Assembly (NCBI GenBank): GCA_009859145.1
Contig: VRVR01000050.1
Location: 173,448-237,447 of the forward strand
Source: Andalucia godoyi And28
Taxonomy: Eukaryota; Protista; Jakobida
Length of the DNA stretch: 64,000 nt
Reading direction: 5' to 3'
This document shows positions 53,096 through 63,606 of the stretch, in pieces. The translations under genes were made by a program, and so were the position numbers. Position 1 is the stretch's first letter; each line of letters opens with the position of its first letter. The notes under the pieces are model-generated. The model saw only the letters and a list, made by a program, of their open reading frames with translations, made no database searches and was not told the origin of the DNA.

Positions 53096-56000
53096 TTACC
53101 TCTTATATACAACGGACTGTTGGAATGACGTGAGCTGCGACGCGTCAACCGACTCGGCAATCAGGGTTCGAAACGCAGGCGTCGCAGTCAACGTCTCCTT
53201 GAACTGCGCACTCGGGAGCCGAAGGATGACATCGACGCATCGCGGCTTGCATTTTTCAAGACACTTCAGAAAACCGGTCCAGAGCGGCGGCTGCGTCCAG
53301 ATTTGTCGATCGATCAAACGAAACATGATGGAAAGACATACGTCCACCAGCGACGGGTACCGATCCAAGGCCATGATCATCGTTCGCATAAACAAAATCG
53401 GAATCCGAGGAAATTCTGCCATACGTTGCAAAGATGTTGCAATGGACTTCTCCGTAAAGAAGTTTCTAAATCCAAGACACCGATTCACAAAATCCATTTG
53501 CAGACGGACAATGCCATCTTCTGCAATACCCGAGTCCGGAAAATGAGACATGGAAAGGGAATGCCCAAGAACGAGGACGTCGGACGCATAGATGCCTGAA
53601 GAAGCAGACGCCAACACGCGCTGAACAGCCATTTCAAACGTTCCCGCCTTCATCAGCAGCAGTCGCGGCAGAGATTCTGTAACGACCGCCTTCGGAATCG
53701 CTGCATAGCCCAACACAGGTAGCAAAATATCTACACCGTACTTTCGATATGCGTAAGCATCCCGAACCGCTTCTGCGATCTTGTTCACCGATTCCACATC
53801 CGCGGCCATCACTGTGCACACAAGATCCAGCAAATGCAAAACAAGAGCCTCGGATCCAGGAAGAGGATCTCGAATGATCCGTACGAATTCTTGACTGCGT
53901 CCAATAACGGTCAATTTTTCTCTGCCGAGCGAATCAAGCCGAGCACGGAAAAATCCCTGAAACTTTGGCAAGGCTGAATAGATGTCAAAGAGTTCAGCCA
54001 ACAAAGAAAGTTGATGCACGAGTATTTCGAAAAACAGTCCTGACTGGCGGATGAAGATGTCTTCCAGGACCACAGGATCCTCCGCCTCTCCGGCGGACTC
54101 CGATGCAAGTCCGCGGAAACTTCGAGTGCCAAATTCTACGATAAAGCTGCGAAAGCGCGGATCTCCAAGCAATTCACGAATCAGAACCGCGATGAGTGTA
54201 TTTCTGTTCAGGAATGAGGAGGCCTCTTCCGCCGATCCCGAACAACAATACGTGAGCAGCCTTTCTATGATATCCAGGCGCAACGGCGTCCGCAAACGGG
54301 CCAACTCGCAGAAATGAAGAACACACATCTCGGAGATGTTCCTTTGCAAGACACATCGCATCAGAGAAGACAAAACGTCGGGCGAAAACCGAACCACCGA
54401 CGACGTAAACACAAACAGGGAGTTCACCCATTGCAGGACGGTCGCTTCCGGAGCGCCAGACAACTGCTTCAAGGCGTGCTCGACAATCGAGGACACGAAG
54501 AAGTCATACAGGCAGAGTCTGTTTCTATCCGAGAGCATTTGGTTTGCAGTGTAAATTGCCAAGCACAAGCTCGTAGCCTCCGTCGAATGGGATGGAAGTG
54601 CTTCTGCGATCAGACGAGAGATCTCAAAAATCCTATTCAACGGAGGGCACGCAACGCCCAGAGAACTCGCATCCGCAGGATCGTGGTACAGCGACCTCAA
54701 TTGAGCAATTTCCAGGTGAACATCGTGCTGCAAATGGACGGCGAGATCGCGTATTAGCACACGCAAAACCCAAACAAATAGTGTCTTCCGCTTGCCGCTT
54801 TTCTTGATCACGTCCTGCGCATCCGCAAATCGAAGCGTGAACTCCGACATCCACTGCTCGTAATGATTCATGCCAGATTCCGCGGAACCATCAATTTTAT
54901 CACCAGCCGAATCTGAAGACAGGTCGTCGGTGGCAATTTGGGCGTGCTGCGTCCGAGGAACATGGGCAGGCACCCGAGGCTTTTCCTCAATTCTACGACT
55001 CACAGATGCCTCATCTTTCATATCAAGAGGATCATCATCCATGACATCCAGAGGTACGGTTGTGGTGAACAACGGTTGCATATACGAAATACCAGAACTA
55101 CTAAACCCTGGGCTACTCATTTGGTTCGAAAGCCGCGGATCCAACGCGGAGTCAACGGTGGAGTTCGCCGACGATGCAGCACCTGCCGTGGGATAGAGCA
55201 TCGTAGATGGGGTGCCAACCGGCAGAGCAGGACAGTACGACGCAAGATTGGAAACAGCATTCACAAACTCCGCGAAAACAGACTGTCCACCGTCGCGCGA
55301 CTTCAAGTGAGACGGCAACGGCTTTAAAGTGGAAAACCGCGTCGTGCAATTCTTGACAACCCGCTCAGCAATCTGCATGGAAGAAAGGCTGCCAACGGGC
55401 GTCGCATACAGTTCTTGGGCGATACCCAGAGCCTGCAGGTGCCCCGGAACTTTTGGTCTCTTCGTGGATTCCCCCAGATGCTCACTTGCCCCCGAAGTAT
55501 CTCGTTTCCTACTCAAGGAAAAGGGATCCACGTCTTGCCGCGAGGAGTCTACGGTACCGGAAAACATGAACCGCCTGCGAATTGCTTGAAATTCATCTAC
55601 TGCATCGACGGCAGCAAACGAGTCTTTGAGGGTGATGAACAAGTTGGACGAAGCCGAAGACGTGATTTCAAAGACCCGCCCAACAACAGATATGAGTGCT
55701 GATCGTGTTGTGTGTCTCATTGATTCACTGGTTGACTTCAGAACGCTGGAATCCCCACCGGAGACAACGGCTACTGTGTAGTCCCGCACAGCGATCAAGC
55801 ACTGCAACACAAGCTCTGTGCTTTCCGTGCACAGCGAGTACGGCGAGCGCACAATCTTGGACAGGACATTCACAACGGCACAGCCAACTGTCACGGACGA
55901 AGGAGTGATCGCTATACCTGCACGCGTATTAATGAGCGTGAACAAGCCGTTCAGCGCGTGTCCGAATTTCGCCACAACCCGTTGTCTCAATGCGACTTCC

Positions 56001-56545
56001 AAATCAGCATCTGAATCTAGCATTGTGATGTTGAACTGAGAGGAGGAAAGAAGTGATTCAAGGAAGCGAATGGAGGACAGTACAAGGCTTTGTTGCTCGG
56101 AAGCAAGTCTCATGATCGACTCGTCAATGAAGACATCCAATGTTTCCAAAATTCCAATAATTCCAGTTCCTTCGGATAGGTGATCCAGAACAAACCTGTA
56201 GATAAACGGCACTATTGTCTGTGCATGAACCAAAACCGACCGAGACACGTGAAACGACGCATCCTTGAGAAACACAACCACCGCTGGCAACAGGTCAGTG
56301 GAAAGACGCGGAAACATTTGCAGCGCAGAAAATACAAGATCAACAACGCATTTTCGAACCGTAACAGATACATCCTGGGAGATTTCAAGAGCAACAAAAG
56401 GGAGAATCGCTGCCGCAGATGATTGAGAGACGGAGCCTGAGAATACGAGATCCCGAATTTGTGAAAGAAGAGCTACCCGTTGATCCTCTGATTGAGACCG
56501 GACTTGCTGAAGAGCGTCCACAAGTTGCTGTGCAGAAGTTTCCAT
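53096..56545 (-). CDS. SYMPK: Symplekin/Pta1 (3'-end processing scaffold)
   Basis: N-terminal HEAT domain; C-terminal PILFMRTMIMALDRYPSL...LIDRQIWTQPPLWTGFLKC...LRLPSAQF. Confidence 0.88.
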   Translation of the reverse strand: METSAQQLVDALQQVRSQSEDQRVALLSQIRDLVFSGSVSQSSAAAILPFVALEISQDVSVTVRKCVVDLVFSALQMFPRLSTDLLPAVVVFLKDASFHVSRSVLVHAQTIVPFIYRFVLDHLSEGTGIIGILETLDVFIDESIMRLASEQQSLVLSSIRFLESLLSSSQFNITMLDSDADLEVALRQRVVAKFGHALNGLFTLINTRAGIAITPSSVTVGCAVVNVLSKIVRSPYSLCTESTELVLQCLIAVRDYTVAVVSGGDSSVLKSTSESMRHTTRSALISVVGRVFEITSSASSNLFITLKDSFAAVDAVDEFQAIRRRFMFSGTVDSSRQDVDPFSLSRKRDTSGASEHLGESTKRPKVPGHLQALGIAQELYATPVGSLSSMQIAERVVKNCTTRFSTLKPLPSHLKSRDGGQSVFAEFVNAVSNLASYCPALPVGTPSTMLYPTAGAASSANSTVDSALDPRLSNQMSSPGFSSSGISYMQPLFTTTVPLDVMDDDPLDMKDEASVSRRIEEKPRVPAHVPRTQHAQIATDDLSSDSAGDKIDGSAESGMNHYEQWMSEFTLRFADAQDVIKKSGKRKTLFVWVLRVLIRDLAVHLQHDVHLEIAQLRSLYHDPADASSLGVACPPLNRIFEISRLIAEALPSHSTEATSLCLAIYTANQMLSDRNRLCLYDFFVSSIVEHALKQLSGAPEATVLQWVNSLFVFTSSVVRFSPDVLSSLMRCVLQRNISEMCVLHFCELARLRTPLRLDIIERLLTYCCSGSAEEASSFLNRNTLIAVLIRELLGDPRFRSFIVEFGTRSFRGLASESAGEAEDPVVLEDIFIRQSGLFFEILVHQLSLLAELFDIYSALPKFQGFFRARLDSLGREKLTVIGRSQEFVRIIRDPLPGSEALVLHLLDLVCTVMAADVESVNKIAEAVRDAYAYRKYGVDILLPVLGYAAIPKAVVTESLPRLLLMKAGTFEMAVQRVLASASSGIYASDVLVLGHSLSMSHFPDSGIAEDGIVRLQMDFVNRCLGFRNFFTEKSIATSLQRMAEFPRIPILFMRTMIMALDRYPSLVDVCLSIMFRLIDRQIWTQPPLWTGFLKCLEKCKPRCVDVILRLPSAQFKETLTATPAFRTLIAESVDASQLTSFQQSVVYKR

Positions 56546-56839
56546 TTCTCGATCCGAGGCTGCTTCGAAAACAAAATATGAAGAAATGGGGAAATCCGCA
56601 GTTGCTACCGGATTTTCTTTTTTAAATCAGGGATACTTTGTTTGCAAACAAAAGGAAGGACTCGAAGAAACATGAAAAAAGAGGAACGAAAACACAAAGC
56701 AAAAGGAAAAGAACGCGGAATGCGCCCTGCAAAAGAAAAGAAAAGAAGGAGGACCGTGCAGAGGTTACGGCAGGCGTACACGCAGTCGTTATGTTTGCTG
56801 CTGCTGTATGTTTGCTGTTGAATATGTTCGCTTAACAAC

Positions 56840-57168
56840 CCAGGGCTCGAGGCTGGTTAGGCGGAATGCCCCCAAAATTGTTCAGATGCTGGGCTGCCAC
56901 AGGGGCGCGTCCATTCCACAGTCTCGCGTCGTGCGGGGCAATCCATGCAAAAGCTCGGAGGAAACAAGGTGTCTGCATGTCCAGCGTGGGAACGCCGGAT
57001 TGATCGCGATTGGAACGGGTGCGCGCAACAACATTTATCTTAAGAACGCCCGCAAGGCGTGTTGGGGCCTACACCCCTTTCCCGTCCATGGCGATATGAC
57101 CGGGCTGCAACATTGAGTACGCATGACTAGCGACGGTTATGCATACTCAGTGTACAACGTAGACGTAA
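56840..57168 (+). mobile_element. Decayed Fanzor2 3' fragment plus omegaRNA-like region, relic C3
   Basis: Across frameshifts: VQMLGCHR, ASCGAIHAK-LGGNKVSACPA, RIDRDWNG-ARN-IYLKNA (Zn finger + RuvC-III). Ends in CAGTGT-N11-GTAA (57148-57168). Confidence 0.85.
57041..57168 (+). ncRNA. Putative omegaRNA scaffold of relic C3
   Basis: ACGCC/GGCGT, GGGG-CCTACA-CCCC, CCCG..GCGA..CGGG and ACATTGAGTA..TACTCAGTGT helices; homologous to C1 with compensatory changes. Confidence 0.65.
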
Positions 57169-57376
57169 AAAAAGAAACCAGCCACTACTACTACAACGAA
57201 AAGTTCTTCGTCCAGCAATTAACGGCGATATTCACCCTTGATTTGTTTACAATGCAGACGACAGAGATACTTTACACAAAGCCGACAAAAAGAGAAGCCA
57301 CACACACGCAAAATTTCCGAGAGTACTGAGCAAAAAAATTCAAAACCAATACAAAAAAACAACAGCGGAGACGGCA

Positions 57377-59233
57377 TCAAACGCGGTCTGGAGGCGGAGG
57401 GGTGGAAACTGGGGACGTAAATCGAACAGTCTCTCGCCTACCCGAAGACACCGGCGACAGAGCGGGAAGTGCATACGACTGCGACGGCGAAGACGAACTA
57501 GTCGCAGATGGAGAATTACCAGGTTGCGTCATAAATCGGCGTGCATCCACGGCCGCTAGAGGCGCCATGCCCAGATTCACAGATCTTCGCGTGGAAATGC
57601 GACCCAGGGCATGCTTCAATCGAACGGGATACCACGAAGACAGTAAGAGCTTGTTGTTTGTGAATTCGTGCATTGAAAGCAGCATGGACAGCATCGGAAC
57701 TGTCCGCGGAAGCAAAAAGAACACATGGAACAGCGGAGGAAAGATTGCAATGACGAAAAGAATGATCGCAACAAGCGGAAAATACAATGTGAACAGCTCG
57801 ACTGCGATGAATAGAAAAAACAACGAAAAATAAAAGCACATCAACAGTGTTGCAGTTTGCATCAAGATGATGTACAACATAGGGGAGCGGAAGAGGAAGA
57901 AATCAACCGAAGTCCTGCCACGCAAACATGAGTTTCGGATGTTCTGCAACAAGCCGTCTCCACGTTCAGAAAAGTTTCGGTCCTTTGCTATCTGAGTGAC
58001 GGACTTCAAATTCAGCAGAGCTTTCAAATCCGCACTAGAAGCCGGCGTTCGTGTTTGCTTCATCATATGAAGCGGGCACGAGCCGATGCTGTTTTGGAAA
58101 CCGAAAGAAAGCGATGCGATCCGAGCATGCAAGTCTTGGTTTTCTGTGCATTCACCAGACAAGCAAGTGACATATCTGCTGAAAGCAAGCCTCGTTGCTG
58201 CGTACATGAGGAAGGAAACCGCCATAAACGTGTAGCCGAATGCCAGGATGTAAAGCTCAAGAGCTGCTTCTTCTCCAGGAACAACATTGCCAGAAATTCC
58301 TCGCAAGAAATGCATGAAAAAGACTGCAATGATAAACATCCATGCATATGCAGAGATATGCAATACCTTGATCAGGGATGCGCGCATGGATTTCTTCAGG
58401 TACCGAGAAAAATCGAAAACAGACAAAACCCGATTGACAGAAGGGTTCGAAGTCAACGGCATCGCCCCCGGGTTTGTACATGGATCGCTTTCCAGAACAT
58501 CATGCAGATCTTTCACGATCGTGGCCATCTCAGAGGACAAGCCTGGAGACTCGGTGCATCCTCTTGCCATCGATTGCCGCAACGTCTTCCTATGATCCGC
58601 AATATTGAACTCGGGATCCAAAATTTCATCCCTCCGCATCGTTTCATCCACATGCCGGAGGCCCTGGAGAAACGTGACGAGCACGAGGTCCCGTTGACAG
58701 ATGAGAAAGTAGCCACGGACAAGAACCATACCGTACACATACCAAGAGTGGAGATACTTGTACCAGGAACGCTGAAAGGGGTACAAGACCCAGTGGTGTT
58801 TCGAAAATTGCTCCCGATACGATAACCACTCATGCTCCGCATCAGCCAGCGAGATCGACTGGGCTTGACCATAGATAGTTGTTCCACGCCGGCTGGTCAT
58901 GATGGAAACGATGAAAATCGTACACACGTAGAAAATGCCCAAAAAGAACAACGTGAGATGTGCAAATTCGATGACGTGGATATCGATCACGGAATTGCCT
59001 CCAGCAGCGTCGAATAAAACGAGACCAAATGAAACAATTCCGAGAATCATGATCTCTCGATATGTTTGCCCGACAAGCTCCTTCACATGCTTCGGCGCCT
59101 TGTGGTTGACCACGTGGTCGACCGAGTGAATCAAGAGCTCGAGAGCAATTGTGCAAAGAATCAATATCATGAAGAGAGCCGACGACAACACCGGATGGTC
59201 GTTGAGTTCATTTCCCAGATCAAACACGGACAT
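57377..59233 (-). CDS. MLO-like multi-pass membrane protein
   Basis: YREIMILGIVSFGL, EFAHLTLFFLGIFYV, FDFSRYLKKSM...LHISAYAW and HFFLFRSP-like blocks match MLO family motifs. Confidence 0.75.
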   Translation of the reverse strand: MSVFDLGNELNDHPVLSSALFMILILCTIALELLIHSVDHVVNHKAPKHVKELVGQTYREIMILGIVSFGLVLFDAAGGNSVIDIHVIEFAHLTLFFLGIFYVCTIFIVSIMTSRRGTTIYGQAQSISLADAEHEWLSYREQFSKHHWVLYPFQRSWYKYLHSWYVYGMVLVRGYFLICQRDLVLVTFLQGLRHVDETMRRDEILDPEFNIADHRKTLRQSMARGCTESPGLSSEMATIVKDLHDVLESDPCTNPGAMPLTSNPSVNRVLSVFDFSRYLKKSMRASLIKVLHISAYAWMFIIAVFFMHFLRGISGNVVPGEEAALELYILAFGYTFMAVSFLMYAATRLAFSRYVTCLSGECTENQDLHARIASLSFGFQNSIGSCPLHMMKQTRTPASSADLKALLNLKSVTQIAKDRNFSERGDGLLQNIRNSCLRGRTSVDFFLFRSPMLYIILMQTATLLMCFYFSLFFLFIAVELFTLYFPLVAIILFVIAIFPPLFHVFFLLPRTVPMLSMLLSMHEFTNNKLLLSSWYPVRLKHALGRISTRRSVNLGMAPLAAVDARRFMTQPGNSPSATSSSSPSQSYALPALSPVSSGRRETVRFTSPVSTPPPPDRV

Positions 59234-59837
59234 CGTCTCCGTAGCCCACAAAATCCAAACCAGCAGCACTTACCAGCTCTTTAGACTTACCCAAACTTAC
59301 TCAAACTGTTATCTGCTTCCCCTTCTTCCTTGTTGTTTTTTTTTATTAAAGAGAATAACTGCTTGAACAAGGAAAAAAAATAAAAAAAATAATAAAATGG
59401 AATGCAAAGCAGCTTGTTGGCAGCAAAGCGCTCGCGAACAGACATGCATAAACAAAAACCACATCTTTCCTTTACTCTACTTTGCTTCACTCACCCAGGA
59501 ATTTCAGACAGTGCTATTCCATTCGCCTTTTTTCATGCACACTTGTCCGTCGACATTTATTCCACCTCTTTCACCCCCAGCAAAATGTCCGCCACACTCT
59601 CGCACTTTCAAGAGTGGTTCTTTTCCTGCCGTAATTAAAACTGAAAAGCAGCAAAAACCAAGAGCAAAGCTGGGCTCTGGATGGGCGTACTTGCCAGTGC
59701 TCAAAGGTGTTTGCAGCAAATTTTCCTCATTGGTTTCTGCTTCCTTTTGTGTTTATGTATTTTCTCTTTGGTTTGATCGCTGCTGGTCTCCCGGTGAAGA
59801 AAGAAAGAGGGAAAAGGGTCTGAGAATCGAGATTCTT

Positions 59838-62507
59838 ATGCAGCCGAACATCAGCTTTTCGCAGCTTATCAAGGCCCACTCACTTGATACGACTGCTCAC
59901 GCCGCGTCTTTCTTGGACCGATCCGTCATTGGCTCGGCAGACATTGCGTCTTCTGCGTTTTCAAAGTCGAATGTGCAGGACATTCGGTATCCTCTTTCCG
60001 TGCAAACATTTTTGCACGGAAAGAGGGATGTTTCTCTTATTTGCACATCCAGTCCCGATCGGTCTCTTGTTGCGCTTTGCGCATTTGATTCCTTCACGAA
60101 TGGCATCAGTGCTACGCGAGTATTTGTTATGCGGCAAGAAAGCATGTCTGCAGAGAATCTGGTGCTCAAATCTGAGTTCTCCCTGCAAGTTTTCAAGCCA
60201 AGTTCTTCGCTGATGGCTGTTGTGAATTCGGGCGCGGTTTTCGTTGCGGATTCTTCGTCCTCGGTCATTTACCGGTGTTCCACGAATGCCAGCGGGGAAT
60301 CGGTTGTCAGTTCGCACGACATCGAAACGGGGATTTGCTCTCTTGCGGCACTCCCTTCTGAATCAGAACTGGAACATGACCGGCTTGTTTGTCTTTTTGC
60401 ATCCGGGAGTGTTGTGGTTGCGGATGTCGAGTCAGTTCGTCCACAAGCAAAGTTTCGCATTGGCGATTTTTCAGATGCAGATGACGGTGATTCCGAACCG
60501 GACCAACGGGAGACATCTATGAGCAGGTCGTTTCTCCAAACTTTTGCTTCGTTTTTTAGGAATCCCCCATCAACCGCTGCAAAACGTCGCCGGATTCGTT
60601 ATTTCGCGGATGAGTCACAGAAATTGCTCCTCAGATGCTGGAACAATGCGATTTGCATTGCAACCGCAAGCGAAGCCTTTCTGTTTCACTGGCATCCGAC
60701 ATCTGGTGATGTTGAACTCGTTGGATCTGCGAATGTTGCAGAAGTGTGCAAGGCAGCGCTTACTTGTTTACCAGATAATGCATCCGTACGAATTGAGTCG
60801 CTTTGCTATTGCGCAGATCGAAACTGTTTAGTGGTCCTTGCGTCGTACTCCAAAACCGATTTCCTCTTTTGCGTCTTGGAACTTGCGGATTTTGGTGTTA
60901 CTCGATTGAATTTTGCGCAGGAATTTCCGCCGGTGTTCTCAACGGATTTGGTGTTGGATCTTTTTTGGGATCCGAAATCCAGCGTGTTGTTCCTGTCATG
61001 TGATCGCGGATTTTCTGTTGTGTGGGGCCAATCGGTATTTGACGATACCGATTCCGAGTTTGCTGCACTCGGATATGTCTCCGCAGACTCTGTTGCGTGC
61101 TGCCCGTACGGGAGCACAGGCATTCTTGCCGTTTCATGGAGCAACATTGTGGTGTTCCATCCGAGTGGATCGAACACGGATTCCTCATCATCTTTTGGTT
61201 CTCACAAAGGGCGTGGGGTTTCCAGTAGTGAACCGCGGGGAAGCCTGATGGACGTATTTCTGCAATGGGAACGGGGGGCCAAGTTCGAGGCGGATCATAT
61301 CTCATCCGTATATCCCCGTCAAGAAGTCATGCAGCAAATTCGATCTTGCGTCTTTAGCATTTTGGATGAAGAGTTTTTAAACAAGAAGGAAAGCTCGGCG
61401 CTGATTTTGCATCGCGAAAACCCGAGATTTGTCAACTCTATCTTGATTCGCCGAACACGGTTGTTGTCTTCATTTTTAACCTTTGTAGGGTCTTGTTTAT
61501 CAGTCAAGCAGCTGGACCAAGATTTGATGCATGCTATTAGCTCGCTTGTTGCTTGCGTTAGTTTTCGACAGTGGCTGTTTTCTGACGCGTCCGAGTATCG
61601 TGCTCGATCCAATATGTGCCTGGAATCCGCTGCATTGTCTTTTCCGGAGATCGCTGATACTGTGGATGACTTGTGGATTCTTGATCGTGTATCATGCTTC
61701 CACGAAATTATTGCAAATGGTTTTCGATTGGTCAAGACGATTTGTGACAAGGGCCCACAGTCTGCAGAGGACTTCCGGCGGTTGCACGGACTCGTCGACT
61801 TCGTCGTGCAATGTACGGTGTTCTCTCCTAGCATCGAAGTTGCCGAAATCGCGCACTTAATGCAATCTGATTTGGTATCCAGTGGCTTAGAAAGCGTCTT
61901 CGATTCGGTGTTGATGCCGCAGATCTTGAGCGCCACAGTCTCGCTATGCAATCATCATCGACTGTTTCGCGGCGGAGACATTGTGCTGCTGACAAGTCTT
62001 TGGAGACTGATGCTGCATCTTGCTACAAATGGTTGTCTTTCGAAAGAGGCATTCCTGTCCGAGTCTGCAGCATTTACTGGCTATCTTCGTTCATCTCCGT
62101 CGAATGAACAGGATGTCATCTCTGTCGCTCTGTGCTGTGGGTGCTATCAGTTCGTTCTGGACTCAGCTTCGCCAGACACCTTGAGTTCGTCGGTCGATGC
62201 AAACAACGATTTTGCAGCATTCTTTTTTGACGCAAAGATTCGCGAGAATGATTTTTCTGCTGTTCTGGATACGAATGTGAGTTTCCACGAGTCCAGCATC
62301 CGTCGCGCTCTAAGTGCTGCTGGAAATGAGCGATTTGCATGGGCTTTGGATTTGCATCTTGGAAACGTCGACGCCGCTTTCACAGAGATCTCTTCGTTTT
62401 TAGCAGATACGAATTCTGAAGAATCAGTGTTTTTGGCTGCGGTCCACGCACTGCTTGCCCCGCCTTCCACGGAGTTACTTCCCGTCGTCAAACTGCTTCT
62501 CTCTTAG
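59838..62507 (+). CDS. Beta-propeller + alpha-solenoid protein, Nup133-like
   Basis: Propeller-like N-terminal half and helical C-terminal half; FAWALDLHLGNVDAAF resembles the Nup133 C-terminus. The ORF opens at 59397; 59838 is the likely ATG. Confidence 0.5.
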   Translation: MQPNISFSQLIKAHSLDTTAHAASFLDRSVIGSADIASSAFSKSNVQDIRYPLSVQTFLHGKRDVSLICTSSPDRSLVALCAFDSFTNGISATRVFVMRQESMSAENLVLKSEFSLQVFKPSSSLMAVVNSGAVFVADSSSSVIYRCSTNASGESVVSSHDIETGICSLAALPSESELEHDRLVCLFASGSVVVADVESVRPQAKFRIGDFSDADDGDSEPDQRETSMSRSFLQTFASFFRNPPSTAAKRRRIRYFADESQKLLLRCWNNAICIATASEAFLFHWHPTSGDVELVGSANVAEVCKAALTCLPDNASVRIESLCYCADRNCLVVLASYSKTDFLFCVLELADFGVTRLNFAQEFPPVFSTDLVLDLFWDPKSSVLFLSCDRGFSVVWGQSVFDDTDSEFAALGYVSADSVACCPYGSTGILAVSWSNIVVFHPSGSNTDSSSSFGSHKGRGVSSSEPRGSLMDVFLQWERGAKFEADHISSVYPRQEVMQQIRSCVFSILDEEFLNKKESSALILHRENPRFVNSILIRRTRLLSSFLTFVGSCLSVKQLDQDLMHAISSLVACVSFRQWLFSDASEYRARSNMCLESAALSFPEIADTVDDLWILDRVSCFHEIIANGFRLVKTICDKGPQSAEDFRRLHGLVDFVVQCTVFSPSIEVAEIAHLMQSDLVSSGLESVFDSVLMPQILSATVSLCNHHRLFRGGDIVLLTSLWRLMLHLATNGCLSKEAFLSESAAFTGYLRSSPSNEQDVISVALCCGCYQFVLDSASPDTLSSSVDANNDFAAFFFDAKIRENDFSAVLDTNVSFHESSIRRALSAAGNERFAWALDLHLGNVDAAFTEISSFLADTNSEESVFLAAVHALLAPPSTELLPVVKLLLS

Positions 62508-62651
62508 GACCGTCAGGTCACGCCGTTTCACGCGCATTGTTGACGGTTTTCATATTTTTATATTTTAAATTGCACAGCTGCATCGCCGGCGATATAATGC
62601 TCTGATTGATGCTATTGCAATGTTGCATAACCAATCCTGCTTGCTTCATCA

Positions 62652-63460
62652 ATGAATGAAGGTCATTTCATGCCACTGCCAGCGGTGAGTCCGTCCGTCT
62701 TTTAACTGTCGACCGTGGTGGTTCTTTCCCGAACAGTTGAAGAACGTTGAAGGGAAGATCTCGAAAGTCCAGGAGGACATTGATGCAGCTGCCGCACGAA
62801 TAACCGAGACTGAAAATCAGACTCACATCGTCGAAGGCAAGATTGACCAAGCAAAGGCGCAGCACCTTGGTGCCCAAACAGAGGACGACCGCAAGTTTGG
62901 GGGTCAGGAGCTGAATTACTTGCCTGAAAAGGAAAACAAGCTGCATGACGAGAAACTTCTGATGCTGCAGCGCGAAGGAACGCCGCTGCATCTGCCATTG
63001 CTAGAAGGCTGGATCCGGTTTTGTGAAGCCCTGTCGTTTGCTTCGAGGACCGCCCATGGATGGGCGTGGGCAGTGTGTCACTGGTCTTCCACCCGGGGGT
63101 CTCATGGGGCGGAGAAGAGGCGCTCGAAGGGCGATTGGCTGTGCGGTATGCATTACGAGTTCCTACGACCATGAAACTGAAACATCAGATTCTAGCTGCG
63201 TCGTCCACCAGGCACTCGCTTGTTACAAAAAACAGTTCATCTGTTGCCCGCTGTTTGTCGCATCGCATCCGTCGTGTAAGGGAGATATGTTTTATTCTTG
63301 CGGCTGTACCGTCGGGTGCTCTCGAATGGGAAAAATGGCATGTCGTGCGGCTCCTATGTTTCCGACATCGCGCCAATGCGGTGGACATCCTCTAGTCCTC
63401 TTATCCTGTCGTGCCAACAGAGGAGGAAAGACGACGCTCAAAGGTCCCGGAAGCTGTTGA
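62652..63460 (+). pseudogene. Decayed coiled-coil + P-loop (Crinkler/CR-like) gene
   Basis: Exon 62652-62684, intron 62685-62736 (GTGAGT...CAG), coiled coil KNVEGKISKVQEDI...EKENKLHDEK. After frame breaks comes PLVLLSCRANRGGKTTLK (63389-63442). Confidence 0.45.
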
Positions 63461-63606
63461 GCAGTGAATCTTCATGAAGCAGTCGTTTCCATCTTCGGGA
63501 AAAGCAGTAGCTTTGTCCACATGGTGGGGGCGAGAGGGCAATCAACCCCGGGAGAAACCACGTGACAATGAACAATGCGATCTCAACAGTGTTTCGACCA
63601 GTGTAG

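Noticed and set aside
20028-62507. SEC13 and a Nup133-like gene as a functional cluster
   Set aside because: They are 39 kb apart among unrelated genes, and the Nup133 call is itself tentative.
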